Shown here: positions 48,460 through 58,959 of the stretch, piece after piece
Position numbering within the stretch: position 1 is the stretch's first letter
How the letters are laid out: every line of letters begins with the position of its first letter
Assembly (NCBI GenBank): GCA_963729625.1
Contig: CAVSOU010000008.1
Location: forward strand, 800,001 to 864,000
Length of the DNA stretch: 64,000 nt
Reading direction: 5' to 3'
DNA from: an uncultured bacterium
GTDB lineage: Bacteria; Chloroflexota; UBA5177; JANWHV01
Position numbers and translations under genes: made by a program
The notes under the pieces: model-generated
What the model saw: only the letters and a program-made list of their open reading frames with translations
Told to the model about the DNA's origin: nothing
The model's database searches: none

Positions 48460-51400
48460 CTACCCGCCGGTCACGGCCACGCTGTCGTATTCAACGGCGG
48501 TCAACGTGTGGAAGCCGACCATACCGCTTGTCAGACTCACGTCCTTGATGGTCTTGAGCACCGTGCTGTTGATCGATGCCGTGATCGTGGAGCCGCTGAA
48601 GGTAAGCCCGAGCGTATACCAGGCGCCGGTCACCGGGGTGAACGAGCCGGAGCCAATCTGTGAAAACGCGCCGGCCACCCGCTTTGCCAGCTGCCACTTC
48701 GTGCCGTCCCGGAGCAGCAACATGTACGTGTCATTGAAGTCGTGCCAGCGACCAAGAATGCCGAACGCAGCGGTGCCGCCGGGCGCTTTGACGGCGATGG
48801 ACACCATGTAGTTCGTCCATGCGGGACTTCCGGCCGTAAGTTCTGCCGCGGGAGACACGGTGCGCGTCTCCGCCGCCACATGTGATTGATCCTGCGTGAC
48901 GGTCCATGTGCCGCCGGTGGCGGCCCAGTTGGCCGGTGCGGCGCCGAGTTGATCGGCTTCAAAGTCGTCCGAGAACAAGGTGCCGCCGGTTATTGGGGTA
49001 TAGGTCGCGGTCGGCGTGGCAGGCGCGACCGTCGGAGTAGGTGTGCCGGTACGCTCGGGAGACGCCGACAGCGTCGGCGAGTTGGTGGCGCTCGGCACTG
49101 CCGTGAACGTCGCGGAAGCGGTCGCGGTGCTCGTAGTGCTCGGCGCAGCCGTGAGTGTGGCAGAAGTGGTCGCAGTGCTTGTGGCGCTTGACACTGCCGT
49201 GAAAGTGGCGGAAACCGTGGCGGTAGCGGCAGGCGTCCCGGTGGGGGAAGCTGTCGTCGTGCTCGTAGCGGTCGAGGTCATAGTCGCCGTTGGCGTCGTG
49301 CTAGCGGTGCCCGTCGCCGAAGCGCTGGGCGTCGCCGTCACCGTGCCGGTATTTGGCAGCACGCTCACCGCAGTGAAATTGACGGTGCTCGATCCGATCA
49401 AGTTATGGGCCGTTACCGCGAGGCCCGCGAGCACGGGGCCGGCAAGACCGGTCAGGGGCACGGTCGAGCCTGGAACAAGGGTCCAGGCGACTCCGTCCTG
49501 CGACGTGAAGGCGCTGAAGGTCGTGCCCGAGCGGCTGACCTGCAAATACGCCGGTGCGCTGCCGGAAACGGTCGCCAGCGCGAGCGCCTTCACGCCCTGA
49601 GGCGAGCGGTATTGGACGTTAATGCCATTGCTGGGAGTGACCAGCAGGTCATAGAATGCGGCGCCCGGTCCAGTCCCTCCTCGCAGCATCACACCAGCCT
49701 TGGCCCACGGATCGCTGTTCGTCTGGCTCACCACCTGAGCCTGGACATTGCCGTCCGCGCTCAGGCTCTGATAGTCGAAGCGTAGCTGGTCGCCGGTTCC
49801 CCAGATATCGCCGCCCCCGCCCGTCACCGTCCAGTTGCCATTCGCGACGGCGTCGCTGCCCGGCACGGTCGGATTGCCGATGTCGGCGCAAGCCCAGCCG
49901 GCCGGGCAGCCTCCCGGCGCAGTCCCCGTCGGCGTCACGGTAGACGTCTGCGTGGGAGTCGGCGTTGCAGTCGTGACCGTGGTGCTGGTCGACACGCTCA
50001 CTGCATGGAACACGACAGTGCTTGAGCTGCTCGTATTGTGCCCCGTCACTGCGAGACCGGCCAGCAGGGTGCCGGACATGTCCGGCAGGCTAAGCGCAGA
50101 GCCCGCGACTGCCGTCCACGTTGCACCGTCGGCCGACGTGTAGGCATTGAAGGTCGTGCCCGTGCGGGCGATCATCAGGCAGGTAGGCGCCACTCCGCTG
50201 ATCAGGGACTGCTGGACGGCGCTTCCGCTGGTGAAGCCTCGGTACTGCACGGTGATGCCGTTGCCGGGCGTGACGACTGCATCGTAGTACGCCGCGAAGG
50301 CTTGCGGGCCACTTCGCAGCATCAGTCCGGCCTTCGCCCACGGGCTACTGTTCGACTGCGAGGTGACGCAAGCGCTGATGCCGCCGTCGCCGCCGAGCGA
50401 CTGCCAATCGAAGTGGAACTGGTCTCCAGTGCCCCAGATGTCGCCCCCGCCTCCCTGAACCGTCCAGGATCCCGTGGCCTGAGCGTCACTGCCTTGCACC
50501 GTCGGCCCGCCAATGTCGGCGCAGGACCAGCCCGAGGGGCAGAGTAGCGGCGCGGTGGCATTGATCGATACGGTGTCGAATTGGGCGCTGCCGACAACAC
50601 CGGCGTTGTGCGACGAGACCGCAAGGCCGACCAACAGCGTGCCGAGAAGGTTAGTCATGACCTCGCTCGTGCCGAGAGACGTCCAGGTGATACCGTCTGA
50701 TGATGTGTAGGACGTGAAGGCCGAGCCAATACGCGAGACTTTCAGATACACCGGCGCCGCGCCGGCTACCCTGGCAAGGCCCAGGGTATTGAAGGACGCT
50801 GCCGCACGGTACTCCGTGGTGATACCGTTAGCGGGCGTGGCGAGAAGAGCGTAGGACGGGGCATTCGCCGCGGTGTTCTGCCGGAACATGATGCCGGCCT
50901 CGGCGTTACCGTTGGTCTTTGTCTGATTACTGACGCGCGCGGTAATCGTGCCGTCGCCCGTCAAGCTCTGCCAGACGTAATGGAATTGGTCGGACTGGTT
51001 CGCGATGAGGTTGCCAGCGCCTTGAACCGTCCAGGTTCCGCCACTGAGCGACTGTCCACCGGTAAGTGAAGGATTCCCGACATCGCCGCAGGACCAGCCG
51101 CTCGGGCACGAACCCGTGGGAGCTGCCACGGGTGCCATGGCCGGGGTGCCTACTGTGACCTGGCTGAGTTGCGCCGTGCCGGCGGTGCCGTTGGCACCCG
51201 AGGCGGCAGCCAAACCGGCGAGAATAGAGGCCGGCATGGCGATGGCCACGGTGGTGCCGGGAATCAGCGTATACGTGATACCGTCTGTCGAGGCGGACGC
51301 CTGGAATTGGTCGCCGACCCGCTGCACGGCTATGTACGAGGGAATCGACACCGTGACCGAGCGCACAACCGCTACTACCGCGGGTGTAACGCGGTAGGCA

Positions 51401-53118
51401 ACCGCCAACGACCCCGAACCGGTCAAGTACGCGGCGTAGAACGGCGAAACGGGATCGCCGGTTTGCCGGATGATCAATCCCTCCTGTGCGTGAGTCGAGC
51501 CGGAAGGTAGGGTGCCGGCGAGGGCGGTCAGCTGCACGTCACCGCCCATCGGTTGAGTCAACAGACGGAGCGAATCTCCGGCTCCGCCGAGCCCGGCACC
51601 GCCGGAGCTGATGGTCCAGGAGCCCGACGAAACCACCTCCGATCCGGCTGGAGATGGCGTGCCGACGTCCTGGCATGTCCATCCACTGGGGCACGAAGGA
51701 TCGGGGGGCGGTCCGGAGGCGCTCGAGGTAGGGAGGCCGAATGCATAAACATTTCCGTCCGTGCCGCCGAAAATGATCTGCCCGTTCGCTACAGCAGGCG
51801 CGCCGTACAGTGGCGCGGCCGTGGTGTAGCTGAACAGCCTTGTGCCGCTTGAGGCATCGAGGACTTCCAGCGTCGATCCCTCCCCGTCGACGATGAAACC
51901 GTTAGCGTAGGCGATGGCAGGAATAACAGGAGAAGCATTTGGATGCTGCCATTCAACTGCACCGTTTCGCGGGTTGATAGCGCTCACAGACCCGCCAAAA
52001 CCCTGGCCCCCGATCACTGCGTTGCCCGTGGCCTGGTAGATGGCGCCATTGGCGAAAGCCGCATTAGAGACTGTCCCGTCGCCGGCAGCCGGGTTTGCTC
52101 CGCCCGGATCGAGCCGCACCTGCCAGGCGGGTCCGGCCGCCAGGTTGATGGCGGTCGTCGAGCTTGCAGGCTCGCCGAAGGCGTAGAGTACGCCGTTCTT
52201 GTTCATGGCAATAACGAGCCGGTTTCCCGCACCGTCGGTGACAATCGTGGGCCCCGTGCCGAAATCGGCGTCGCTCAGCGACTGATTCTCAGGAATCTGC
52301 CAGTACGACTCTATGGAAAGATCGGACGCGGAGAGCGCAACCACGGCCTGCGACATAGTCTGATCCGCGGAAGCCTTTGTGCCAGTTGAGACGTAGACTG
52401 TACCGGTCGCGGCGTCGTATGCAGGGGAGGTCCAGACGCCTCCACCGACTTCGCCGCTGGGAACGAAGGTGGCTGTCGCCACGATGGCGTGCTGGGTGAG
52501 GTCGACCTTCAGGAGCTGCCCCTGGACGAGCGGGCAATCACCGAAGCTCGCAGTGCCCACGTACGCGAAGTTGCCCACGATCAAAGGGCTCGCCCAGTTG
52601 TAGTGGCCACCTGTCGCGCTCCCATCGCCGGTGTTGACCGTCCAGAGAATGGCGCCCGTGCCGGCGTCGAGAGCGTAGAAATAGGTGTTGGTTCCGTGCT
52701 GATAGTCCCCGCCTCCGACGTACGCTACGCCGTTCACGACTGCGGCTCCGGAACTGACGCCGGCGGAAGGCGGATTGCAGGCATACGGGCCCGTGATTCC
52801 CAGAAACGTCTTCCACTTCAGGGCGCCGGTAGCGGCGTCCAGCGCGTATTCGTAGCCGTCCCAGGACCCGATATACACTGTGCCGGCCACGACGGCCGGT
52901 TCGGCGGCAATAATGCCGCCCGTCTTGAATGTCCAGCTCTTGACCAACGTGTCAGCGTTGTTCGTCGACAACGTGCTCTCGTCTACGCTGGCGGCGCTTC
53001 GACCGGCGTCGTGAAGGTACGTTGGCCAGTCGCCGGCGGTGGTTAGGAGAGACACAACCAGGAGCACCACCACTGCGCGGGCACGCGCCAACGAGACAGC
53101 AACACCTGGACGCCTCAT
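48460..53118 (-). CDS. Secreted modular protein: PQQ-type beta-propeller, four ConA/DUF1349-like modules, Thr/Ala linker, C-terminal ConA-like domain
   Basis: Signal peptide, DWPTY, GSWDG..YALDAATGALKW propeller repeats, four CPxGWxCxDxG-initiated repeats; GGAGG before ATG at 53118. Confidence 0.85.
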   Translation of the reverse strand: MRRPGVAVSLARARAVVVLLVVSLLTTAGDWPTYLHDAGRSAASVDESTLSTNNADTLVKSWTFKTGGIIAAEPAVVAGTVYIGSWDGYEYALDAATGALKWKTFLGITGPYACNPPSAGVSSGAAVVNGVAYVGGGDYQHGTNTYFYALDAGTGAILWTVNTGDGSATGGHYNWASPLIVGNFAYVGTASFGDCPLVQGQLLKVDLTQHAIVATATFVPSGEVGGGVWTSPAYDAATGTVYVSTGTKASADQTMSQAVVALSASDLSIESYWQIPENQSLSDADFGTGPTIVTDGAGNRLVIAMNKNGVLYAFGEPASSTTAINLAAGPAWQVRLDPGGANPAAGDGTVSNAAFANGAIYQATGNAVIGGQGFGGSVSAINPRNGAVEWQHPNASPVIPAIAYANGFIVDGEGSTLEVLDASSGTRLFSYTTAAPLYGAPAVANGQIIFGGTDGNVYAFGLPTSSASGPPPDPSCPSGWTCQDVGTPSPAGSEVVSSGSWTISSGGAGLGGAGDSLRLLTQPMGGDVQLTALAGTLPSGSTHAQEGLIIRQTGDPVSPFYAAYLTGSGSLAVAYRVTPAVVAVVRSVTVSIPSYIAVQRVGDQFQASASTDGITYTLIPGTTVAIAMPASILAGLAAASGANGTAGTAQLSQVTVGTPAMAPVAAPTGSCPSGWSCGDVGNPSLTGGQSLSGGTWTVQGAGNLIANQSDQFHYVWQSLTGDGTITARVSNQTKTNGNAEAGIMFRQNTAANAPSYALLATPANGITTEYRAAASFNTLGLARVAGAAPVYLKVSRIGSAFTSYTSSDGITWTSLGTSEVMTNLLGTLLVGLAVSSHNAGVVGSAQFDTVSINATAPLLCPSGWSCADIGGPTVQGSDAQATGSWTVQGGGGDIWGTGDQFHFDWQSLGGDGGISACVTSQSNSSPWAKAGLMLRSGPQAFAAYYDAVVTPGNGITVQYRGFTSGSAVQQSLISGVAPTCLMIARTGTTFNAYTSADGATWTAVAGSALSLPDMSGTLLAGLAVTGHNTSSSSTVVFHAVSVSTSTTVTTATPTPTQTSTVTPTGTAPGGCPAGWACADIGNPTVPGSDAVANGNWTVTGGGGDIWGTGDQLRFDYQSLSADGNVQAQVVSQTNSDPWAKAGVMLRGGTGPGAAFYDLLVTPSNGINVQYRSPQGVKALALATVSGSAPAYLQVSRSGTTFSAFTSQDGVAWTLVPGSTVPLTGLAGPVLAGLAVTAHNLIGSSTVNFTAVSVLPNTGTVTATPSASATGTASTTPTATMTSTATSTTTASPTGTPAATATVSATFTAVSSATSTATTSATLTAAPSTTSTATASATFTAVPSATNSPTLSASPERTGTPTPTVAPATPTATYTPITGGTLFSDDFEADQLGAAPANWAATGGTWTVTQDQSHVAAETRTVSPAAELTAGSPAWTNYMVSIAVKAPGGTAAFGILGRWHDFNDTYMLLLRDGTKWQLAKRVAGAFSQIGSGSFTPVTGAWYTLGLTFSGSTITASINSTVLKTIKDVSLTSGMVGFHTLTAVEYDSVAVTGG
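49360..51694 (-). repeat. Four tandem ~190-aa intragenic domain repeats
   Basis: Units start CPSGWTC, CPSGWSC, CPSGWSC and CPAGWAC, and share WT(V/I)xxxG, (F/S)xAxxSxDG and V/LLAGLA-type motifs. Boundaries approximate. Confidence 0.85.
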
Positions 53119-53599
53119 ACTGAACCTCCGAATTGTGGTGCAGCGGGAACCACCGCGAAGAATGCGACGAGCGCGGTAGTTCGGCTCATGCACAGCAGGA
53201 AAACATAATGGGAGAACGAAAAAGGACCAGGAAAGCACACTGAAGCAGTTCGCCGTTCTGATGCACTGCGACGGCAAACCTCCTAAGATCGTACGTTTAC
53301 ACACGGCCGAAAGGAATACCTGCCTGGCACACAGTGCGCGGCCAGTCGGATACTGAATCGCACTCAGCAGGATTGTGCCCGTACACGTGGATTGCGATTG
53401 GCGCCATCGGGCCGGCAGATAGAGGCATTCAGGCCCAGACATTTGGGTCATTGATGAGCGGGCTTCGCGCCACTACTATGGCATCGTCGCAGGGACCTGG
53501 ATGTCGTCAGTGCGATGACTGTCAGCCGAGTTGTCGGACATGAAACAAGGCGGTAGCTGAGCGCGCCGCGGCATAACCGCTCACTCTATTTGAAGTCGG

Positions 53600-53675
53600 A
53601 TCGGCAAAGGCAAACCTGCCGTGAGGCAGGGGAGCAAAGTCGTGGGGCTCGGCAAGCCAGTCAGGCTGCACAGAG
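53600..53675 (+). ncRNA. Cyclic di-GMP-I (GEMM-I) riboswitch-like element
   Basis: AAAGGCAAACC-TGCC-GTGA-GGCA-GGGGA-GCAAAGTC...GGCTGC: the conserved GGCAAACC and GCAAAG motifs, a GNRA tetraloop stem and a second stem, about 50 nt upstream of the next start codon. Confidence 0.7.
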
Positions 53676-53725
53676 GGACATTCTCTCGGTCAGGCTCTTG
53701 CCCCGTGGCAGAAAGGGTAGGGGTC

Positions 53726-55765
53726 TTGCTAAAACGAATTGCACCCTGTCTACTGGTGGCAGCAATCGTGGGCCTTCCTCGCGCCGCAGCTCTGCCAACC
53801 ACACTATCTCGTCTGTCGAGCGCGCATGCAGCGTCCAGCAGCGTATGGTACGTACGCGACATGGGCATGACGCCGGTGACGCACGACACCGTCTGCAACC
53901 AGATGAGCCAGACCAATATGACCCGCATGGTCGGCTACGTGGCGCAATTCCATGCCAACTATGCCTCCGACGATGTCCCCCTGGGCGATGCTTCGAACTT
54001 CAACTGCAAGTTCGGCTCCGGCAACTCCCTGCTCCAGCCGTACGACTACATGAAGAAGTGGGCGGCGACCATGCGCGCTGCTGGGCTGCACGTGATGTTC
54101 CGGGGCAACTGGAATACCTGGAAGGTCTCGAACGGCACCGGCAACTACGGGCAGCCGTCGCTAACCTATCTCACTTCGCCAGCCATTCCCTACGAGGGGC
54201 CGGGTGGACTGGCGGCGGTGCTACGCGGCGCCGACACCACTTCGTACATCGGCAAAACCTACCAGTGGATCCTGCACCACCCCGATGTGTACCAGGATGG
54301 CGACATCTTCGAGCCCTTTGGCGAGGCACAGAACAACGGCATTCTCAATGGCCCCCGCGGTTCGACCCTGTGCAGTGCTCCGTACTGCCAGTTCCCCACC
54401 ACGGCCGCCTTCAACCAGTGGCTCAGCGATTTCAGCCAGGCAGACCAGGCCGCGTTCACTGCCATTGGCAAGAAGGTGACCTCAGGCTGGTTTGGCCTTT
54501 CAGGCGACTCGTACAATTATCTGACCGCGGCGGCGATGTCGCACAGCAGCGCCTACAACCTGGACCACTTCAATCCACAGTGCAGTTTTTCGCATTGGCA
54601 GGCGGGGGTGACCGGCAGCCATGCTGCGATGCCCAACATGACGATAGCGCTGGAGTTTGGCGACAACTGCGACACCGACGCCACGGTGCAGCAGGTGGCC
54701 GCCACTACCGACCAGTACTTGGGCTGGCTGGTGCAGCAGCCGTACGTCAGCGGCGTTGAATGGTGGGACGAGTCGGGCCAGGGTCCCGGCGCCCAATCCG
54801 CGGCGGTCGACTACGGCACGGGCCAGATGACGCCGGCCGGTCAGGTGGTGGCGAAGTATTTTGCGCTGATGGATGGTGGGGCCGCGCCAACAGCCACGTC
54901 CACGAGCACGCCAGTACCGCCGGCCCCGACGAAGACGCCCGTTCCGCCGACTGCCACGAACACTGTGGCGCCGCCGACCGTGACGAAGACGCCCATCGCG
55001 CCGATCGCTACGTCGACACGCACGCCGGTATCGCCGACCGCGACGAAGACGCACATTCCGCCGACTGCCACGAATACCGCGGCGCCGGCGACCGCGACGA
55101 ACACGCCCATTCCACCAACGGCCACGAACACTGCGGTGCCGACGACACCGCCTGCACCAGGGCGAATCGCGTTCGTGCAGAGCACTGCCCAGCTGGGCCA
55201 GGGTTCCAGCCTGACGTCAAGTTACGCTAGTATCGTGGGAGCGGGCGATTTGCTGGTCGGCACCTTCCGAAGCCAGGGCTCGACATCGGTGAGTGACAAG
55301 CTCAACGGTGCATGGACCCAGGCAGCAAAATGTGGCGTGGTAACTATCTGGTACGCGGCCAACGCCAAAGCTGGCGCGACCACGGTCACGCTCACCAGCG
55401 GCAGCGTAGGGCAGATGCGGATCAGCCTATCCGAGTACTCTGGCGCCGCTAGGGCGAGTCCCCTGGATGCAACCGCGTGCAGCGCCGGCTCGACCACCGG
55501 GGTAACCGCTACTTCCGGCGCGGCAATACCGGCGGGAGAGCTCGCGTACGCCGGCCTGGGCAGCGGTAGCAACCCCGCTACAGTAACGGCGGGAACCATT
55601 GGCAGTCGACCGGCTACGCTCCGCGCCCAGATGACCGGAAACGCCGGCACAATCGCCGTAGAGGATGTGACGGCCACCGCGGCAGGCCAGCAGAATGCAA
55701 GCATGACCTTGAGCGCCTCCAGCGGCGGCTGGAACGTGGGCCTGGTCACGTTCAAGCATCAGTAG
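53726..55765 (+). CDS. Secreted putative clan GH-A-like glycoside hydrolase with Pro/Thr linker and C-terminal beta-sandwich
   Basis: Signal peptide, AAGLHVMFRGNW, DIFEPFGE (candidate acid/base), IALEFG (candidate nucleophile), PTATNT repeats, IAFVQS domain. TTG start inferred downstream of the riboswitch. Confidence 0.7.
   Translation: MLKRIAPCLLVAAIVGLPRAAALPTTLSRLSSAHAASSSVWYVRDMGMTPVTHDTVCNQMSQTNMTRMVGYVAQFHANYASDDVPLGDASNFNCKFGSGNSLLQPYDYMKKWAATMRAAGLHVMFRGNWNTWKVSNGTGNYGQPSLTYLTSPAIPYEGPGGLAAVLRGADTTSYIGKTYQWILHHPDVYQDGDIFEPFGEAQNNGILNGPRGSTLCSAPYCQFPTTAAFNQWLSDFSQADQAAFTAIGKKVTSGWFGLSGDSYNYLTAAAMSHSSAYNLDHFNPQCSFSHWQAGVTGSHAAMPNMTIALEFGDNCDTDATVQQVAATTDQYLGWLVQQPYVSGVEWWDESGQGPGAQSAAVDYGTGQMTPAGQVVAKYFALMDGGAAPTATSTSTPVPPAPTKTPVPPTATNTVAPPTVTKTPIAPIATSTRTPVSPTATKTHIPPTATNTAAPATATNTPIPPTATNTAVPTTPPAPGRIAFVQSTAQLGQGSSLTSSYASIVGAGDLLVGTFRSQGSTSVSDKLNGAWTQAAKCGVVTIWYAANAKAGATTVTLTSGSVGQMRISLSEYSGAARASPLDATACSAGSTTGVTATSGAAIPAGELAYAGLGSGSNPATVTAGTIGSRPATLRAQMTGNAGTIAVEDVTATAAGQQNASMTLSASSGGWNVGLVTFKHQ
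54885..55160 (+). repeat. Pro/Thr linker repeats (PPTATNT / PTKTP)
   Basis: Imperfect repeats of roughly 10 aa within the CDS. Confidence 0.8.
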
Positions 55766-55916
55766 CAGTCCGTGCTCAGCGGGTCCAGACCTGCCTTTCC
55801 GCTCTACAGGCAGGGACCATGCGGAGGTTGGAGGAGCCACAGCGTAGTTGTCCGGCCATCCTATCCCAAGAGAATAACCAATGCCGCGGCTCACTCGGCC
55901 GATGCCGAGCGGAGAC

Positions 55917-58900
55917 TCACGGTGTGGTGACGAGGGCGTTGTCGTATTCCGGGGTGTTCGAGGCTCGGAAGCCGATCATTCCGCTGGCGAGGCTGCTGTC
56001 CTGGATGGACTTGAGCACTGTGTTGCCAATCGAGGCCGTGATCGTGGTGCCGCTGAACGACAGCCGGAGGGTATACCACGTACCGGTCACGGGGCTGAAG
56101 GGGCCGGAGGCAAGCTGGGTGAACGTGCCGCCGACCCGCTTGGCCAGCTGCCAGGTGGTGCCATCATGCAACAAGAGCATATAGGTGTCGTTGAAGTCAT
56201 GCCAGCGGCCTGTAATGCCGAACGGCGCGACACCGCCCGGAGCTTTGACGCTGGCCGAGAAGGTGTAGTTCGTCCAGCCGGCACTCCCAGCGGTCAACTC
56301 GGATGCGCCGCCGATGGTGGCAGTTTGCTGGACCATGTGCGATTGATCCTGCCCTACCTTCCAGGTGCCGCCGCTCGAGATGGTCCAACCTGCTGGACTG
56401 GCGCCGACCGTGTCGGACTCAAACGTATCCGAGAACAGCGTTCCACTCGGCGTGGGCGAGCTTGTGGGGGAGATTGTTGGCGAGGTGGTCGACGTGGGTA
56501 TGGGCGAGAGCGTACTCGTCGGGCTCGGTGTGGCTGCGAGCGTAGTCGTTGGGCTCGGCGTGGCCGCGAGCGTGCTGGTCGGGGTTGGTGTGGCGGCAGG
56601 CGCCGATCCGGTAACGAGCACGTTGTCGTATTCCGGAGTGGACAAGGTATGGAAGCCAACCAAACCGCCGGTCAGGCTGGCATCCTTGACGGTCTTGAGT
56701 ACGGTACTGTCAATGGAGGCCGTGATTGTGGAGCCGCTGAAAGCGAGCTGAAGGGTATACCAGGTGCCGGCCACCTGCGTGAAAGTCCCAGAGCCAATCT
56801 GTGAGAACGTGCCGTTCACCCGTTTGGCTAGCTGCCAGCCCGTACCGTTTCGCAGCAGCAGCAAGTAGGTGTCGTTGAAGTCGTGCCAGCGGCCGAGAAT
56901 GCCGAATGCAGCAGTGCCGCCTGGCGCTTTAACATCGACCGACACCGTGTAGTCGGTCCAGCCGGGATTCCCCGCCGTCAGCTCCGCAGCAGAGGACACG
57001 GTGGCGGTCTGCGTCACGACATGTGATTGATCAAGCGAGACGGACCACGCACCACCCGTGGCAGTCCAGCCAGCCGGCGCGCTACCGATTGGGTCGGCTT
57101 CGAAGTTGTCGGCGAACAATGTACCGCTCGGGGTGGGTGAGCTCGTAGGGGAGCTGGTTGGTGAAGCAGTCGATGTGGATGAAGGCCCGGGCGTGTTCGT
57201 CGGCGTTGGCGTGGCGGGCGTGCCAGACGACGTGGGCGTGTTCGTCGGCGTTGGCGTCGCGGACAAGAGACCGTAGACATCCAGCACGCCCGAGAACGTA
57301 GCCAGGTAGACCTTGCCGTTCGCAATTGTCGGCGACACGAACTTTGCCCGGTTTCCCACGGCGTCCCGCGCCGCATTCTGATCGCTGTTCCAGAGCTCCT
57401 TGGTTACATCCGAGGCGTCGAAGGCGCGCAGGATGCCCGTTCGGGTCTGGGTGTCGCTGTTCCCGCTGCTGGCCATCGCAGACCAGAGAATGCCGGTGCC
57501 GGGAGTGGCGCCGTTAGCGGATATCGACATCTGGCCGGCTCCGTCCTGCAGCGCGGCGATCGCGCTTTGTGAGATCGGCGTGGTGGCGAAGAGCCTGTTG
57601 GCGAAGTGGAACTGCTTGAGGTGGTCGGTATCGCCCCAGGTGTACATGAACGCGCCGTTCGGGCCATTCCAGTAGACGGGGGTACCTCCGATATGCATGT
57701 CGGTGCCCGGCGTCACCTGGAACTCCTGCACTACGTTATCGGTAGTATTGAACCCGCCCATATGCCCTGTATCGGTATCGACGACGTAGAGCTTGCCCTC
57801 CTTGCCGCCCCCAACGACAAGGTTGGTGTCCGGCACCAGGAGGACTCCGGATGAGCCCAGATCCAGGTCCCGGGTGTTGAGAGTCACCTGATCGCTCGGC
57901 GAGAAATAGTCAAGGATCGAGCCCGTTGGGCTCACCTTGACAAAGCTATCGCCGTAGCTGAATCCACCGCTTCCGATCGTGAGGGCGCCGTTCCCCGTCA
58001 TCGCGTAGATGTTGCCATTAGTGTCCGCGGCCGGCCCTGCCCCGCTTTGCCAGATGCCGGCTGCCTGGGTATCCGGAGACAGATTGACCACAACCGTCTG
58101 CTGCTGGACGTTGCTCGCGTTGTAGCCAAGCAGCCAGCCGTTGTACGGCTCCTGCTCCCCGTGCCCGGCGAAGGCAATGTAGACGGTGCCGTTGGCCAGC
58201 AGCAGAGACGACCGCTGCAGCTGTTTGAAAGCGCGGAACGTGACGATCCCACCACTGCTGTTCGAGCCGGAGCCCGGCACCGTGGCGCCGATGACGACCG
58301 GACTGCTGGGTTGTTCGGAGCCGGTCCGGATGTCGAGCGCGTGCAGGCGGAAGAAGTAGGTTGCCGTGCCATTCACGGTCTCTTTTGTAAAGGCCACCAC
58401 GTAGACCGTGTTGCTGGCCGGGTCGATCACCGGCGTGCTGAGAATGCCGACTTCGACCGAGATATCGTGAAAGCTGGTGCCAAAGTCGGACGCCGGGGAG
58501 GACGGCCCGAGGTTGACACTCCACAACGGCGCGCTTTGCGCCGGGTCATCGGCGTCGAATGCATAGACTGTGTTATGCATCGTGGCGACATAGACGACGT
58601 TGTGGATGCCTCCCGCGATGCTGACGCCCGGCACGTAAAGGGGCTGAGCATAGATCTGGCCATCTACGGCGCGCGTGAAGATCCGGCCAAACTGCGAGAC
58701 ATTCACGTTAGACGTAGTAAGGGTCGTTTCGTTCAGGTTGTCGCCCGAGCGATTGTTGTCGTTACGTTGGGTCAGAACGCTGGCCTCAGGCGCGGCCCGG
58801 CTCTGCGATACTGTGAATGCACGCATCCCGGGCACGGGCATGACGACCACCGCGAGCACGAGCGCCCACACAAAGAGGGATCGTCGCAGATACAGGCTGC

Positions 58901-58949
58901 TGTGAGAGCCTGCCGGGGAAACGCTCGGGTGCGCGACGTTACGATGCAT
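55917..58949 (-). CDS. Secreted PQQ-type beta-propeller protein with two tandem ConA-like C-terminal domains
   Basis: VLTQRNDNNRSG.N..ET.LT..NV, VDGQIYAQPLYV, GILSTPVID, DLDLGS, PTIANGKVY; two TLFxDxFExD domains; AAGGAG RBS. Confidence 0.85.
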   Translation of the reverse strand: MHRNVAHPSVSPAGSHSSLYLRRSLFVWALVLAVVVMPVPGMRAFTVSQSRAAPEASVLTQRNDNNRSGDNLNETTLTTSNVNVSQFGRIFTRAVDGQIYAQPLYVPGVSIAGGIHNVVYVATMHNTVYAFDADDPAQSAPLWSVNLGPSSPASDFGTSFHDISVEVGILSTPVIDPASNTVYVVAFTKETVNGTATYFFRLHALDIRTGSEQPSSPVVIGATVPGSGSNSSGGIVTFRAFKQLQRSSLLLANGTVYIAFAGHGEQEPYNGWLLGYNASNVQQQTVVVNLSPDTQAAGIWQSGAGPAADTNGNIYAMTGNGALTIGSGGFSYGDSFVKVSPTGSILDYFSPSDQVTLNTRDLDLGSSGVLLVPDTNLVVGGGKEGKLYVVDTDTGHMGGFNTTDNVVQEFQVTPGTDMHIGGTPVYWNGPNGAFMYTWGDTDHLKQFHFANRLFATTPISQSAIAALQDGAGQMSISANGATPGTGILWSAMASSGNSDTQTRTGILRAFDASDVTKELWNSDQNAARDAVGNRAKFVSPTIANGKVYLATFSGVLDVYGLLSATPTPTNTPTSSGTPATPTPTNTPGPSSTSTASPTSSPTSSPTPSGTLFADNFEADPIGSAPAGWTATGGAWSVSLDQSHVVTQTATVSSAAELTAGNPGWTDYTVSVDVKAPGGTAAFGILGRWHDFNDTYLLLLRNGTGWQLAKRVNGTFSQIGSGTFTQVAGTWYTLQLAFSGSTITASIDSTVLKTVKDASLTGGLVGFHTLSTPEYDNVLVTGSAPAATPTPTSTLAATPSPTTTLAATPSPTSTLSPIPTSTTSPTISPTSSPTPSGTLFSDTFESDTVGASPAGWTISSGGTWKVGQDQSHMVQQTATIGGASELTAGSAGWTNYTFSASVKAPGGVAPFGITGRWHDFNDTYMLLLHDGTTWQLAKRVGGTFTQLASGPFSPVTGTWYTLRLSFSGTTITASIGNTVLKSIQDSSLASGMIGFRASNTPEYDNALVTTP

Positions 58950-58959
58950 CGATACTCCT

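Noticed and set aside
53270-53540. Additional tandem aptamer fragments (GGCAAACC near 53273; GTCAGCCGAGTTGTCG near 53521)
   Set aside because: The fragments are too far apart and do not assemble into the required stems.
54885-55160. Repeat arrays that could be mistaken for CRISPR
   Set aside because: They are in-frame degenerate Pro/Thr linker codons with no constant repeat/unique spacer pattern, and no cas genes are present.
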